DNA of 64,000 nt, taken from positions 32,551 to 96,550 of the forward strand of contig CAVYNS010000003.1 of the NCBI GenBank assembly GCA_963769975.1, given 5' to 3'. Position numbers and translations under genes: made by a program. This document shows positions 18,862-28,161 of the stretch, in pieces. The DNA is from an uncultured Chloroflexia bacterium (GTDB lineage Bacteria > Chloroflexota > Dehalococcoidia > GIF9 > AB-539-J10). The stretch's first letter is position 1. Every line of letters starts with the position of its first letter. The notes beneath the pieces were generated by a model. That model saw nothing but the letters and a program-made list of their open reading frames with translations. It was not told where the DNA came from and made no database searches.

Positions 18862-20361
18862 TTAGCTTCCTGCCATTCGTACTCCGAGAATTTCTAATTC
18901 GGTATCGGTAAGCCCCACGCCTCTCAGGTGGAGGCGATTGCCACGGAGACTCTCTAAGGCATTGATACCCATGCCACCCAGTATGTCCTTAAGCTCAAGG
19001 CTCCAGCCACGAAGGAGATTAGACAGCCGTCTAGCTCCGATATCGGGGTTAACTCTCTTGGTTAGCCAGGGGTCTGGGGTACAAATGCCCCAGGCGCATT
19101 TCCCTGTATGGCATTGTTGGCATATGGTGCATCCCAGGGCAACGAGAGCGGCAGTTCCGATGTAGATGGCATCGGCGCCCAGGGCGATTGCTTTGGCTAC
19201 ATCACCACTATTTCTGATTCCGCCTGCGATGACAACAGAGGCCTGATTTCGGATGCCCTCTTGTCTGAGGCGGTCATCCACGGAAGCGAGAGCTAGTTCA
19301 ATGGGAATGCCAACGTTATCACGGATGATCTTGGGCGCAGCTCCCGTAGCGCCTCGCAAGCCATCGAGGACTATAATGTCTGCTCCTGCGCGTACCATGC
19401 CACTGGCGATAGCTGCTGAATTGTGAACAGCAGCAATCTTTACTGCTACTGGCTTGGTATAATTTGTGGCTTCCTTTAGGGCATAGACAAGCTGTGCCAG
19501 GTCCTCAATGGAGTAAATGTCGTGCTGCGGCGCTGGGGATAAAGCATCAGTTCCTCTGGGTATCATGCGGGTCATAGCTACCTCAGCGCTCACTTTTTCT
19601 CCGGGGAGATGTCCTCCAATGCCGGGCTTAGCCCCTTGCCCAATCTTAATTTCAACTATTCTGGCCACATTGAGGTATTCAGGATGAACGCCAAATCGTC
19701 CTGAAGCCACCTGGACTATAGTGTTATCTCCATATTTATAAAGCTTGGGATGAAGTCCACCTTCACCTGTATTCCACAAAGTTCCCATCTCAGCCGCGGC
19801 TCGGGCTAGGGATTCCTGCACATTCAGGCTTACTGCACCATAGGACATGGCGGAAAACATTACAGGAACCTCGAGCTTGACCTGGGGAGCCAGCTCTGTC
19901 TTGAGACCCACCGAGCTGAACTCTACCCTATCAGGTTTCTGCCCCAGATAGGTGGTCAATTCCATGGGTTCACGCAGAGGGTCAATAGAAGGATTGGTCA
20001 CCTGGCTGGCGTTGAGAACCAGATGGTCCCAATAAATGCGGTAGCTTTTATCATTCCCCATTCCGGTAAGAAGCATGCCGCCGGTCTCAGACTGCTTGAT
20101 AATGTCTTCGATAACCTCGGGACGCCAATTGTAGTTCTCTCTGTAATCCAGCGGATTTCTTCTAATGGTCAAAGCATTAGTGGGGCAAAAGACTACGCAA
20201 CGGTGGCAGCCAACGCAATTCTCTTCGCGGCTTCTTATTTCGTCGTCCTCAATATCATAAGAGTTAACGTCAAAGGTGCATTGATTGACACACACCTCGC
20301 ATCTAATACACCGAGAATCGTCTCTCTCCACTACGAATTTTGGTGGCAAATATGTCTTCAT
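18862..20361 (-). CDS. gltB: Glutamate synthase FMN/synthase domain with an N-terminal 2x[4Fe-4S] ferredoxin module (archaeal-type GltB domain 2)
   Basis: CIRCEVCVNQC and CVGCHRCVVFCP. Also GQGAKPGIGGHLPG, LDGLRGATGAAP, AGGIRNSGDVAKAIALGADA. Confidence 0.9.
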   Translation of the reverse strand: MKTYLPPKFVVERDDSRCIRCEVCVNQCTFDVNSYDIEDDEIRSREENCVGCHRCVVFCPTNALTIRRNPLDYRENYNWRPEVIEDIIKQSETGGMLLTGMGNDKSYRIYWDHLVLNASQVTNPSIDPLREPMELTTYLGQKPDRVEFSSVGLKTELAPQVKLEVPVMFSAMSYGAVSLNVQESLARAAAEMGTLWNTGEGGLHPKLYKYGDNTIVQVASGRFGVHPEYLNVARIVEIKIGQGAKPGIGGHLPGEKVSAEVAMTRMIPRGTDALSPAPQHDIYSIEDLAQLVYALKEATNYTKPVAVKIAAVHNSAAIASGMVRAGADIIVLDGLRGATGAAPKIIRDNVGIPIELALASVDDRLRQEGIRNQASVVIAGGIRNSGDVAKAIALGADAIYIGTAALVALGCTICQQCHTGKCAWGICTPDPWLTKRVNPDIGARRLSNLLRGWSLELKDILGGMGINALESLRGNRLHLRGVGLTDTELEILGVRMAGS

Positions 20362-20362
20362 C

Positions 20363-21133
20363 TTATCCGTTTCTTATAGGTATTCCTCTTTCAGCTAAGT
20401 AGTCTTTCGCCTGGCGAATGGAATGAATCTGGTAGTGAAAGATACTAGCTGCGAGAACAGCATCGGCTTTGCCTATGACTAAAGCCTTGTAGAGATGCTC
20501 CAAATTGCCGGCACCACCGCTGGCGATGACTGGCACAGTTACTCCCTCACTAATAGAGCGCGTCAATTCCAGGTCATATCCAGCCCGCTGCCCATCAGCA
20601 TCCCAGCTGGTGAGAAGCAACTCACCAGCACCCAGAGCTACAACCTGCATAGCCCACTCGATGGCGTCGATATCAGTAGGCTTTCGTCCCCCGTGGGTGC
20701 AGACCTCCCATTTAGCGTCGCCACTAGTTTTTAATCGCTTAGCATCAATAGCCACGACAATACATTGGCTGCCAAATTTCTCTGCCCCTTCAGTGATGAG
20801 CTTGGGATTCTGCACAGCGGCGGTATTGATGGATACTTTGTCAGCCCCTGCTTTTAGCATGCGTCGCATATCTTCAATGCTGCGCAAACCTCCACCAACT
20901 GTGAGGGGAATAAAAACCTGCTCGGAGACCCGCTCGACAATGTCAATCATGGTGTCACGTCCCTCCGGAGTAGCCCCGATGTCTAAAAAGACCAGCTCGT
21001 CAGCACCTTCCTTGTAGTAGAAAGCAGCTAGCTCCACAGGGTCGCCAGCATCTAGAAGACGAGTAAAGCTAGTGCCCTTAACTACTCGCCCTTGAGTAAC
21101 ATCAAGGCAAGGGATAATCCTTTTAGTCAACAT
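20363..21133 (-). CDS. hisF: Imidazole glycerol phosphate synthase cyclase subunit HisF, paralogue 2
   Basis: [42 protein letters not shown]. About 55% identical by eye to the copy at 9150-9920. Confidence 0.9.
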   Translation of the reverse strand: MLTKRIIPCLDVTQGRVVKGTSFTRLLDAGDPVELAAFYYKEGADELVFLDIGATPEGRDTMIDIVERVSEQVFIPLTVGGGLRSIEDMRRMLKAGADKVSINTAAVQNPKLITEGAEKFGSQCIVVAIDAKRLKTSGDAKWEVCTHGGRKPTDIDAIEWAMQVVALGAGELLLTSWDADGQRAGYDLELTRSISEGVTVPVIASGGAGNLEHLYKALVIGKADAVLAASIFHYQIHSIRQAKDYLAERGIPIRNG

Positions 21134-21174
21134 CTGCTTACACCTTCTACTTGCTAGGCTTCACACAACCTTTA

Positions 21175-22377
21175 TCAGAGATTGCCACGTCGCTTGTGCT
21201 CCTCGCAATGACGGGCAGGCTCAAGTGGCTTCTCCAAACTGCCGACAATAGGCTCACCACCCATGGGAATCCAGGCTCTGTCAAGGTCCGGGCAAACAAG
21301 ACGCATGGCTGATTCTTCTGAAGAAAGGTAAAGCACCGACCCTTTCACTCCTACGGTGAGGGGACGTAACTTTATCCTATCAGTAAGGCCAATCATCTCC
21401 CCTTGATGAGCAATGATCACAGTGAAAGGCCCGTTGAGCAAAAGGCTGCCATACACTTGGCGCAAAGTTCGGAAGATTCTTTGCTCCTCTGGGGAACAGC
21501 GCTCTATCTGACTCCATAGAGGAGGTGCTAATACCTTGGCGGCTATCTCTACCGGAAGGCCATGCCTGCGCATTAAAAGGTCAACGGCATAGGCTACTAC
21601 CTCGGTGTCGGTCTGCATAGTACAGTTGTAGCCAAACTGCTCCAAATACCGTCGATTTATGCCGTAGGAAGAGATTTCACCATTATGAACCACTGTCCAG
21701 TCCAAGATATTAAAGGGATGTGCTCCGCCCCACCAGCCAGGAGTGTTGGTGGGAAATCTGCCATGGGCTGTCCAGAGGTAACCTTCATACTGCTCCAGGC
21801 AAAAATATTCTGCTATCTCTTCGGGATAACCCACTCCCTTGAACACTCCCATATTCTTGCCGCTGGAAAAGACGAAGGCATCTTCTATCTGAGTATTGAT
21901 TTCCATGACCCTATCTACGACATACTCGTCTTCTGACTGGCTGTTAGTTCTCTCGTTTTGCACTTCAAGGAAATAACGCCACACCAGGGGAGGGTTCACT
22001 ATAGCCGGAATTGGCTTGGTGGGCACCTCTTCGGCATGAGGCACATGAAACTTTTGCTCGAGGAAATCTTCTACTCTGGCTTGCCCCTCGCGACTCAAAT
22101 ACATTATGTGGAAAGCATAACAGTTGGCATATTTGGGGAATAACCCATAAATAGCAAATCCACCACCCAGACCGTTACCCCGAACATGCATGTTGGCGAT
22201 AGCTTCTATTACCTCCTTACCTGAGAACCGCCTCCCCGCAGTATCCATCATTCCAAAGAGGGAACAGGCATCCATTACCTTATCATCGTGATAAAAGTTG
22301 TTTATCCTGCTTAACTCTTTCAATGGCTTAACCTCCTCAATGAGATAGTTATTCGCCAATAAAGGTTTCCTCTTCAC
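21175..22377 (-). CDS. Class II (Ntn) glutamine amidotransferase, archaeal-type GltB domain 1
   Basis: The candidate nucleophile is the Cys in MDACSLFGMMD. GNGLGGGF and HGRFPTNTPG motifs are present. A likelier TTG start at 22323 lies 8 nt after GAGGAGG, leaving a propeptide before the Cys. Confidence 0.85.
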   Translation of the reverse strand: MKRKPLLANNYLIEEVKPLKELSRINNFYHDDKVMDACSLFGMMDTAGRRFSGKEVIEAIANMHVRGNGLGGGFAIYGLFPKYANCYAFHIMYLSREGQARVEDFLEQKFHVPHAEEVPTKPIPAIVNPPLVWRYFLEVQNERTNSQSEDEYVVDRVMEINTQIEDAFVFSSGKNMGVFKGVGYPEEIAEYFCLEQYEGYLWTAHGRFPTNTPGWWGGAHPFNILDWTVVHNGEISSYGINRRYLEQFGYNCTMQTDTEVVAYAVDLLMRRHGLPVEIAAKVLAPPLWSQIERCSPEEQRIFRTLRQVYGSLLLNGPFTVIIAHQGEMIGLTDRIKLRPLTVGVKGSVLYLSSEESAMRLVCPDLDRAWIPMGGEPIVGSLEKPLEPARHCEEHKRRGNL

Positions 22378-23671
22378 TTTGAATAGATGGAGCGCTTTGA
22401 GGAAGCAACCCTGGCGGTGTTTCCAACAGTTCTTGCCACAATGCCCGGGGGAAAAACGCCAGGCTGAAATTATCCGCCAAAAGCGATTGTTTAAAGCTTT
22501 CTACATTGACTCTATCCCTCATTAGACCGAAAATTATGCCCGACTTTTCAATATTTTCCACGAATACCATTCCTACTATGAGATTATCTTTCAAAATGAC
22601 CTTTTGGTATTTATTGCTCTCTTGCCTGCTGATAACCTCGTAGCCGTCGTCATTGGGTGCTGTAGGCATTCCCGCTGAGGTGATGGCAATTCCAAAATAG
22701 TTGAGCGAATTCATAGTTGTGCCGCCGGGGTATTTGGTGGGGATGCCAGCCATGTTATAACCGGCAATCCTGCCTCCGGTATAAGCATTTGGCCAGATGG
22801 GGGTGAGTCTGTTCTCCTCATACACAAAATCATATGCCTCAGCCACATCCCCACAGGCATAAACACCTGGGTGGGTTGTAGCCATATGATAATCCACTAC
22901 TACGCCTCGGCTCACTTTTAACTTGGCATCTAGTGCGAGCTCTGGGCGTGGTGATACTCCAATAGCCACCAACACTAAGTCGCAAGGCATCGTCTCCCCA
23001 CTATCTAAAGTGACTCCTTGAACTGTCTCTCTTCCATTGATTTCAACCACAGTATGACCTGTAATGATTTCCACGCCAGCTCGTGTAAGAACCTCTTCAG
23101 CCATTAGAGATGCTTGTTCGTCGAGGATGGTATTTAATATTCTCTCTTTCATTTCCACTACTATTACATCAACTCCTCGCTTCACTAGAGCTTCGGTTAC
23201 GCTAATTCCGATAAGCCCCCCGCCAATAACTACTGCCTTTCTGGCGTTATCCAAGAATCTGTCAACTGCTTTAGCATCATCAAGGTTGATGAAGGTAAAA
23301 ACACCTCTTTTGTCACTCCCTTTCATCTTAGGGAAGATGGGTTTCCCTCCTACGGCGAGTAGGAGCTTTTCCCAGGCAATCTGCTCGTTGTCTTCTAACC
23401 AGGCAGTCCGGTCATTTAGCTTTAAGTGCGTCACTTTCTTGCCAGGGAGAAAGAGAATATTGTTCTGTTCATAGAAGTCGAGGGGACGGAATAATATTCC
23501 TTCCAGGGTTCGTTCTTCTGCCAGATATTTTGAGATAAGAGGGCGTGAGTAGACAGGATAAGGCTCTTCGGAAACGATAGTTAGAGCACCTTCCTTATCT
23601 AGCTGGCGTATGGCTTCAGCAGCTCCAATGCCGCCAGCCGAATTTCCTATGATTAAGTATCTAGTTTGCAT
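22349..23671 (-). CDS. FAD/NAD(P)-dependent pyridine nucleotide-disulfide-family oxidoreductase (candidate electron-input subunit)
   Basis: Two Rossmann motifs (IIGNSAGGIGAAEA; VVIGGGLIGISVTEAL) and ACGDVAE. Confidence 0.8.
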   Translation of the reverse strand: MQTRYLIIGNSAGGIGAAEAIRQLDKEGALTIVSEEPYPVYSRPLISKYLAEERTLEGILFRPLDFYEQNNILFLPGKKVTHLKLNDRTAWLEDNEQIAWEKLLLAVGGKPIFPKMKGSDKRGVFTFINLDDAKAVDRFLDNARKAVVIGGGLIGISVTEALVKRGVDVIVVEMKERILNTILDEQASLMAEEVLTRAGVEIITGHTVVEINGRETVQGVTLDSGETMPCDLVLVAIGVSPRPELALDAKLKVSRGVVVDYHMATTHPGVYACGDVAEAYDFVYEENRLTPIWPNAYTGGRIAGYNMAGIPTKYPGGTTMNSLNYFGIAITSAGMPTAPNDDGYEVISRQESNKYQKVILKDNLIVGMVFVENIEKSGIIFGLMRDRVNVESFKQSLLADNFSLAFFPRALWQELLETPPGLLPQSAPSIQSEEETFIGE

Positions 23672-23677
23672 TTATTT

Positions 23678-24301
23678 CTACCTCGTGCCTAGCGCTATCT
23701 TCAAAAAGTTAGCGTACATCTTTAATCCATGCTCACCACTTTTCTCAGGGTGGAACTGAGTTGCGACCAGGTTATCCTTGATTACCACGCTGCACATAGA
23801 TACACCATAGCTTGTCGTGCCCGCCACGACCGACATGTCTTCAGGCTCAGCATAGAAGCTGTGGACAAAGTAAAAGTTCGCTTCATCCGGTATGCCCTCA
23901 AAAACAGGATGGCTAACCCTTTGTTTCACCTGATTCCAACCTATATGAGGGATTTTAAGTCCTCGGGGCAGTCTTTTTACCTTCCCGGGAATTACTCCCA
24001 AACACTCGTGCCAGCCTCCTTCCTCAGTTCGTGAAAACAGTATCTGTAGCCCCACGCAAATGGCGAAGAGTGGTCGTCCTTGTTGTATCAGTTGACGAAT
24101 AGCATCGGTCATACCTAATTTCTCCAAGCTATTCATGGTATCGGCAGCAGCACCAACACCAGGGAGAATAACCGCAGCAGCATCAAGCACTTCGCAGGGG
24201 TCGCTTGTTACCTTTGGGTGGTAGCCCAGTTTCGTAAGGGCGTTAGCGACACTGCGCAGATTTCCCGCACCGTAGTCGATTATGGCGATTACTTTATCCA
24301 T
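23678..24301 (-). CDS. hisH: Imidazole glycerol phosphate synthase glutaminase subunit HisH
   Basis: IAIIDYGAGNLRSV, LPGVGA, FAICVGLQIL (catalytic Cys), IGWN, QFHPEKS. The ATG at 24301 lies 1 nt after the ferredoxin stop. Confidence 0.9.
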   Translation of the reverse strand: MDKVIAIIDYGAGNLRSVANALTKLGYHPKVTSDPCEVLDAAAVILPGVGAAADTMNSLEKLGMTDAIRQLIQQGRPLFAICVGLQILFSRTEEGGWHECLGVIPGKVKRLPRGLKIPHIGWNQVKQRVSHPVFEGIPDEANFYFVHSFYAEPEDMSVVAGTTSYGVSMCSVVIKDNLVATQFHPEKSGEHGLKMYANFLKIALGTR

Positions 24302-24302
24302 G

Positions 24303-24752
24303 TCATTCCTTTTCCTCATCTGCGCCCAGTACAAGCGCTTCATTAGGACAGTCAATTACACAGGCAGGTATCTCCCGACTGGGACAAAGGTCGCACTTAA
24401 TCACAGTTTTGCTATTCAGGTCGCGACTGAGCGCCCCGTAAGGGCAGGCTACTATGCATGTCCAGCAGCCAATACACTTTTCCATATCAACGGTAACCTT
24501 GTCACTTTTAGGCTCTTTATGCATCGCACCTGTAAGACAAGAATAAACACACCAGGGCTCGGCGCAGTGGCGACATTGAATCGGAAAAGAAATCTCTATA
24601 TTCCTCTCCACACGCACACGAGGCAAAGGACGCGGAGTCTCTCTTTTAAATGCTTTGATTGGGTCCTTAGATTGAGAGTGCTCCACTCGGCAATAAACTT
24701 CGCACAGTCCACAACCAATGCAGACCTCTTCCTTAACATATACTCTTCTCAT
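24303..24752 (-). CDS. 4Fe-4S dicluster (polyferredoxin-like) protein, first gene of the GOGAT operon
   Basis: Four Cys clusters: CIGCGLCEVYC, CRHCAEPWCVYSC, CIGCWTCIVACP, CDLCPSREIPACVIDCP. Confidence 0.8.
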   Translation of the reverse strand: MRRVYVKEEVCIGCGLCEVYCRVEHSQSKDPIKAFKRETPRPLPRVRVERNIEISFPIQCRHCAEPWCVYSCLTGAMHKEPKSDKVTVDMEKCIGCWTCIVACPYGALSRDLNSKTVIKCDLCPSREIPACVIDCPNEALVLGADEEKE

Positions 24753-24805
24753 GCTCCAAATCCTCTTAATTATCTAATATACGTCGGTAACCGTTTACCT
24801 ACATT

Positions 24806-24834
24806 ATCCTAGCAACATAGAATTATTTTGTCAA
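24806..24834 (-). promoter_or_regulatory. Sigma70-like promoter for the fdx-hisH-...-gltB operon
   Basis: On the minus strand: TTGACA (24834-24829), 17-nt spacer, TAGGAT (24811-24806). It lies about 50 nt upstream of the ATG at 24752. Confidence 0.4.
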
Positions 24835-25099
24835 CATGTAACAAACATTTAACCTGCTTGTAATATTTTGGAAACATGGGAATTTTATGCTTTGGTTAAG
24901 AAATAAGCATGGACATAAACCAAATTATAGAGCTGTGGAGAGGCTTATCACCCCGTTTGGCTAAAGCTGTCCCTGATCAAGAACTTGCCGAGGATGAACA
25001 TACTGATGGAAAAAAGAACGATGAAGATAGCGAGGACAAAACAGTTGACCCTATCGGAAGCCATCATGAAGAAGACGATGTTTAGAAAAGGGATTTCAA

Positions 25100-26338
25100 A
25101 TGCCTATTAATACCGGTAACACTGCCTGGTTGCTAATATCCACGGCACTCGTGTGGCTTATGACGCCGGGCCTGGCCCTGTTCTATGGTGGTATGGTGAG
25201 AAGGAAAAACCTTCTTGCCACTATGATGATGAGCTTCGCCATCATTGCTATGGTATCTGTCCTCTGGGTCCTTTACGGCTATAGTTTAAGTTTCGGGCCG
25301 GACAAAGGTGGTATCATCGGGGGACTCGACTGGCTCGGCCTTAAAAGTGTAGGACAAGCCCCCTCATCCGTATATGCCACCACTGTTCCTCATCTAGCTT
25401 TCATGGCATTCCAAGCTATGTTTGCTATAATCACCGTAGCTTTAATCACTGGGGCAGTAGTTGAGCGAATGAAATTTAGCGCCCTGCTCATCTTTTCTGC
25501 CTTATGGTTGACTCTGGTCTACTGCCCTGTAGCACACTGGGTGTGGGGTTCTGGTGGCTGGTTGGCTAAACTGGGGGCTCTTGACTTTGCCGGTGGCACC
25601 GTAGTTCATATATCGGCTGGTGTTTCGGCATTGGCTCTAGCTCTGGTGATGGGACCGCGTAAGGGATTCAAGGAGAAGGAGCCTATGGAACCGAACAACA
25701 TACCCATGGTGGTGCTTGGCGCTGGACTACTCTGGTTTGGCTGGTTCGGTTTTAATGCCGGCAGTGCTCTTACCTCCGGCGGATTGGCGTCCAATGCCTT
25801 CGTGGCTACCAATACTGCCGGTGCTTCTGCAGCCTTAACCTGGATGATTCTCGGCTGGATCAATCGTAAGCCGTCAGTGCTTGGCGCTGCCACCGGTGCT
25901 GTGGTGGGACTGGTGGCCATCACGCCGGCTGCTGGATTTGTCCCACCCCTAGCGGGAATACCTATTGGTGTCGTTGCCGGGGTGCTGTGTTACTATGTTA
26001 TGCTCTTCAGAGCGAGGAAGATGGGGGTTGATGAATCACTGGATGTTTGGGCGTGCCATGGCATCGGTGGCACATGGGGTGCATTAGCCACGGGTATCTT
26101 TGCTAGCATCGCTGTTAATCCGGCTGGTGCCAATGGGCTGATTTTTGGCAATGCTATGCAGCTCGCCAAGCAACTCCTGGCAGTAGCAGTCGTCTGGGGT
26201 TTTGCCTTCGGAGTCACCTGGGTTGTGGGGAAGATAGTTGATGTTACTATAGGACTGAGAGTCAGCGCCACAGAGGAAACGGTGGGGCTAGACATTTCAC
26301 AACATGGTGAACGAGCTTACGGAGGTATGCTGCGGTGA
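25100..26338 (+). CDS. amt: Ammonium transporter (Amt family)
   Basis: About 11 TM segments. Motifs [31 protein letters not shown]-like ([11 protein letters not shown]). Confidence 0.95.
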   Translation: MPINTGNTAWLLISTALVWLMTPGLALFYGGMVRRKNLLATMMMSFAIIAMVSVLWVLYGYSLSFGPDKGGIIGGLDWLGLKSVGQAPSSVYATTVPHLAFMAFQAMFAIITVALITGAVVERMKFSALLIFSALWLTLVYCPVAHWVWGSGGWLAKLGALDFAGGTVVHISAGVSALALALVMGPRKGFKEKEPMEPNNIPMVVLGAGLLWFGWFGFNAGSALTSGGLASNAFVATNTAGASAALTWMILGWINRKPSVLGAATGAVVGLVAITPAAGFVPPLAGIPIGVVAGVLCYYVMLFRARKMGVDESLDVWACHGIGGTWGALATGIFASIAVNPAGANGLIFGNAMQLAKQLLAVAVVWGFAFGVTWVVGKIVDVTIGLRVSATEETVGLDISQHGERAYGGMLR

Positions 26339-26673
26339 AGTTGATAGAGGCGATTATCCGACAGGAGAAGTTGGACACCGTGAAGATGGCACTCGAGGCT
26401 AGCGGTTACTTCGGTATGACGGTGAGTGAAGTGAGTGGCAGAGGGCGACAGGGAGGTCTCACGTTGCAGTGGCGGGTAGGCGAATATAAAGTAGACTTGC
26501 TGCCAAAGATTAAGGTCGAAGTAGTCGTCTTGGATGAAGACATTGCCAGAATACTGAATGTCATTACTACAGCAGCAAGAACTGGAGAGATGGGTGATGG
26601 CAAGCTCTTTGTCCTGCCGGTCGAGAATGCGGTGCGCGTCAGGACCGGCGAAGAGGGCGACAATGCTATTTAA
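26335..26673 (+). CDS. glnB: P-II nitrogen regulatory protein (GlnB/GlnK), translationally coupled to amt
   Basis: 112 aa. T-loop GRGRQGG..GEY(51)KVD and C-terminal RTGEEG. The GTG start overlaps the amt TGA (GTGA). Confidence 0.95.
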   Translation: MKLIEAIIRQEKLDTVKMALEASGYFGMTVSEVSGRGRQGGLTLQWRVGEYKVDLLPKIKVEVVVLDEDIARILNVITTAARTGEMGDGKLFVLPVENAVRVRTGEEGDNAI

Positions 26674-26755
26674 TCCAATGACGGAGGCTGCCAAGTGTAA
26701 ATTATAAGGAAATAGGAAAAGCTTGATATAATATACAAAACAAGGAGGAAAAAGC

Positions 26756-28102
26756 ATGACGGACAAAAAAACAAGAGAGGAAGCAAAGCAATATGTTCTA
26801 AAAATGGCAAAGGAACATGACGTTAAATTTGTCTGGCTATGGTTCACCGATATTTTGGGTTTCCTTAAAAGCCTTTCCATCGGCATAAACGAGCTGGAGA
26901 CCAGTTTACAGGAAGGAATGGGTTTTGATGGCTCCTCAATTCAAGGCTTCGCCCGTATTGATGAAAGCGACATGGTTGCCATGCCTGACCCTGACACTTT
27001 TCAATTACTCCCCTGGATGCCCGGTGAGCACTCGGCAGTGGCCCGCATGTTTTGTGATATCGTAAAGCCCGGAGGTGAGCCCTTTGAAGGCGACCCCAGG
27101 TTTGTGTTGAGAAAGAATTTGGAACGAGCTGCAAATCTTGGTTATACTTACTATGTTGGCCCCGAACTGGAATACTTCTATTTTAAGGACTCAAAAGGCT
27201 GCGAGCGTTTGGACGAAGGGGGGTACTTTGACATGACCCCGCCGGATGCAGCCCATGACTTGAAGCGGGAAACAGTGCTCGCGCTAGAAGCCATGGGCAT
27301 TGGTGTTGATAAGTCCCATCATGAGGTTGCTACTAGTCAGCACGAAATAGACATGCGCTACACCGATGCCCTGACTATGGCTGATAATGTGATGACCTAC
27401 CGTATTGTGGTCAAGGAGATAGCGCTGAGGCATGGAGTCTATGCCACTTTTATGCCCAAGCCGGTCCTCGGCATCAATGGCAGCGGGATGCACGTGCACC
27501 AGTCGCTATTCAAGGGCAACCGCAATGCGTTTTTTGATAAGAATGGTAAGGATCACCTCTCCAAAATAGCTTTAAGCTTCCTTGCTGGACTTCTGAAGTA
27601 TGCCCCCGAATTTACCGCAGTTACCAGCCAGTGGGTCAATTCCTATAAGCGGCTGGTGCCAGGCTGGGAGGCGCCGGTCTATCTCTCTTGGGCGACACGC
27701 AACCGCTCCGACCTGATTAGAGTGCCGGAATACAAGCCAGGCAAAGAAGATGCGACCAGATTCGAGCTTCGTTCTCCTGACCCCGCATGTAACCCCTACC
27801 TTTGCTTCAGCGTGATGCTGGCCGCTGGACTAGCAGGAGTTGAGGAGAGATTGGAGGCACCGGAACCCGTGGAAGCGAACGTTTATCACATGTCCGAGGA
27901 GGAAAGGAAAAGACGAGGAATAGGTAGTCTACCGGCTAGTCTCTTGGAAGCAGTTCAGCTCACTGAGAAGAGCGAGATGGTGAGGAAAGCCCTTGGCGAC
28001 CATGTTTTCAATGCTTTTATCGAGAATAAGAAGATCGAATGGGACCGCTATCGCATCCATGTTACCGACTATGAGCTGGCCAGATACTTGCCAATCTTAT
28101 AG
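26756..28102 (+). CDS. glnA: Glutamine synthetase, type I
   Basis: FDGSSI, GPELEYF, HHEVATSQHEID, NGSGMHVHQSLF, NRSDLIRVP. AAGGAGG RBS. Confidence 0.95.
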   Translation: MTDKKTREEAKQYVLKMAKEHDVKFVWLWFTDILGFLKSLSIGINELETSLQEGMGFDGSSIQGFARIDESDMVAMPDPDTFQLLPWMPGEHSAVARMFCDIVKPGGEPFEGDPRFVLRKNLERAANLGYTYYVGPELEYFYFKDSKGCERLDEGGYFDMTPPDAAHDLKRETVLALEAMGIGVDKSHHEVATSQHEIDMRYTDALTMADNVMTYRIVVKEIALRHGVYATFMPKPVLGINGSGMHVHQSLFKGNRNAFFDKNGKDHLSKIALSFLAGLLKYAPEFTAVTSQWVNSYKRLVPGWEAPVYLSWATRNRSDLIRVPEYKPGKEDATRFELRSPDPACNPYLCFSVMLAAGLAGVEERLEAPEPVEANVYHMSEEERKRRGIGSLPASLLEAVQLTEKSEMVRKALGDHVFNAFIENKKIEWDRYRIHVTDYELARYLPIL

Positions 28103-28161
28103 TCTGATGCCATGTCGGTTGCGTTGATCAACTTGCTCAAAGTGCCCTAAAAGGGGGCTAA

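Noticed and set aside
24868-24890. Possible sigma-54 promoter (TGG...GC) upstream of amt
   Set aside because: The GG-to-GC spacing is 9 nt rather than 10, and the flanking bases do not match TGGCAC-N5-TTGC.
24908-25099. Small ORFs upstream of amt (38 aa from the ATG at 24908; ~29 aa from the ATG at 25021)
   Set aside because: On careful re-reading, the first ORF terminates at a TGA at 25022-25024 rather than continuing as an acidic 58-aa peptide. Both lack convincing RBS, and the second overlaps the amt start.
26440-26490. Apparent unusual T-loop in the PII protein (Trp where a Tyr was first expected)
   Set aside because: Residue-by-residue alignment to E. coli GlnB shows that Tyr51 (GEY) is conserved. 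The Trp aligns with position 46, so nothing anomalous is supported.
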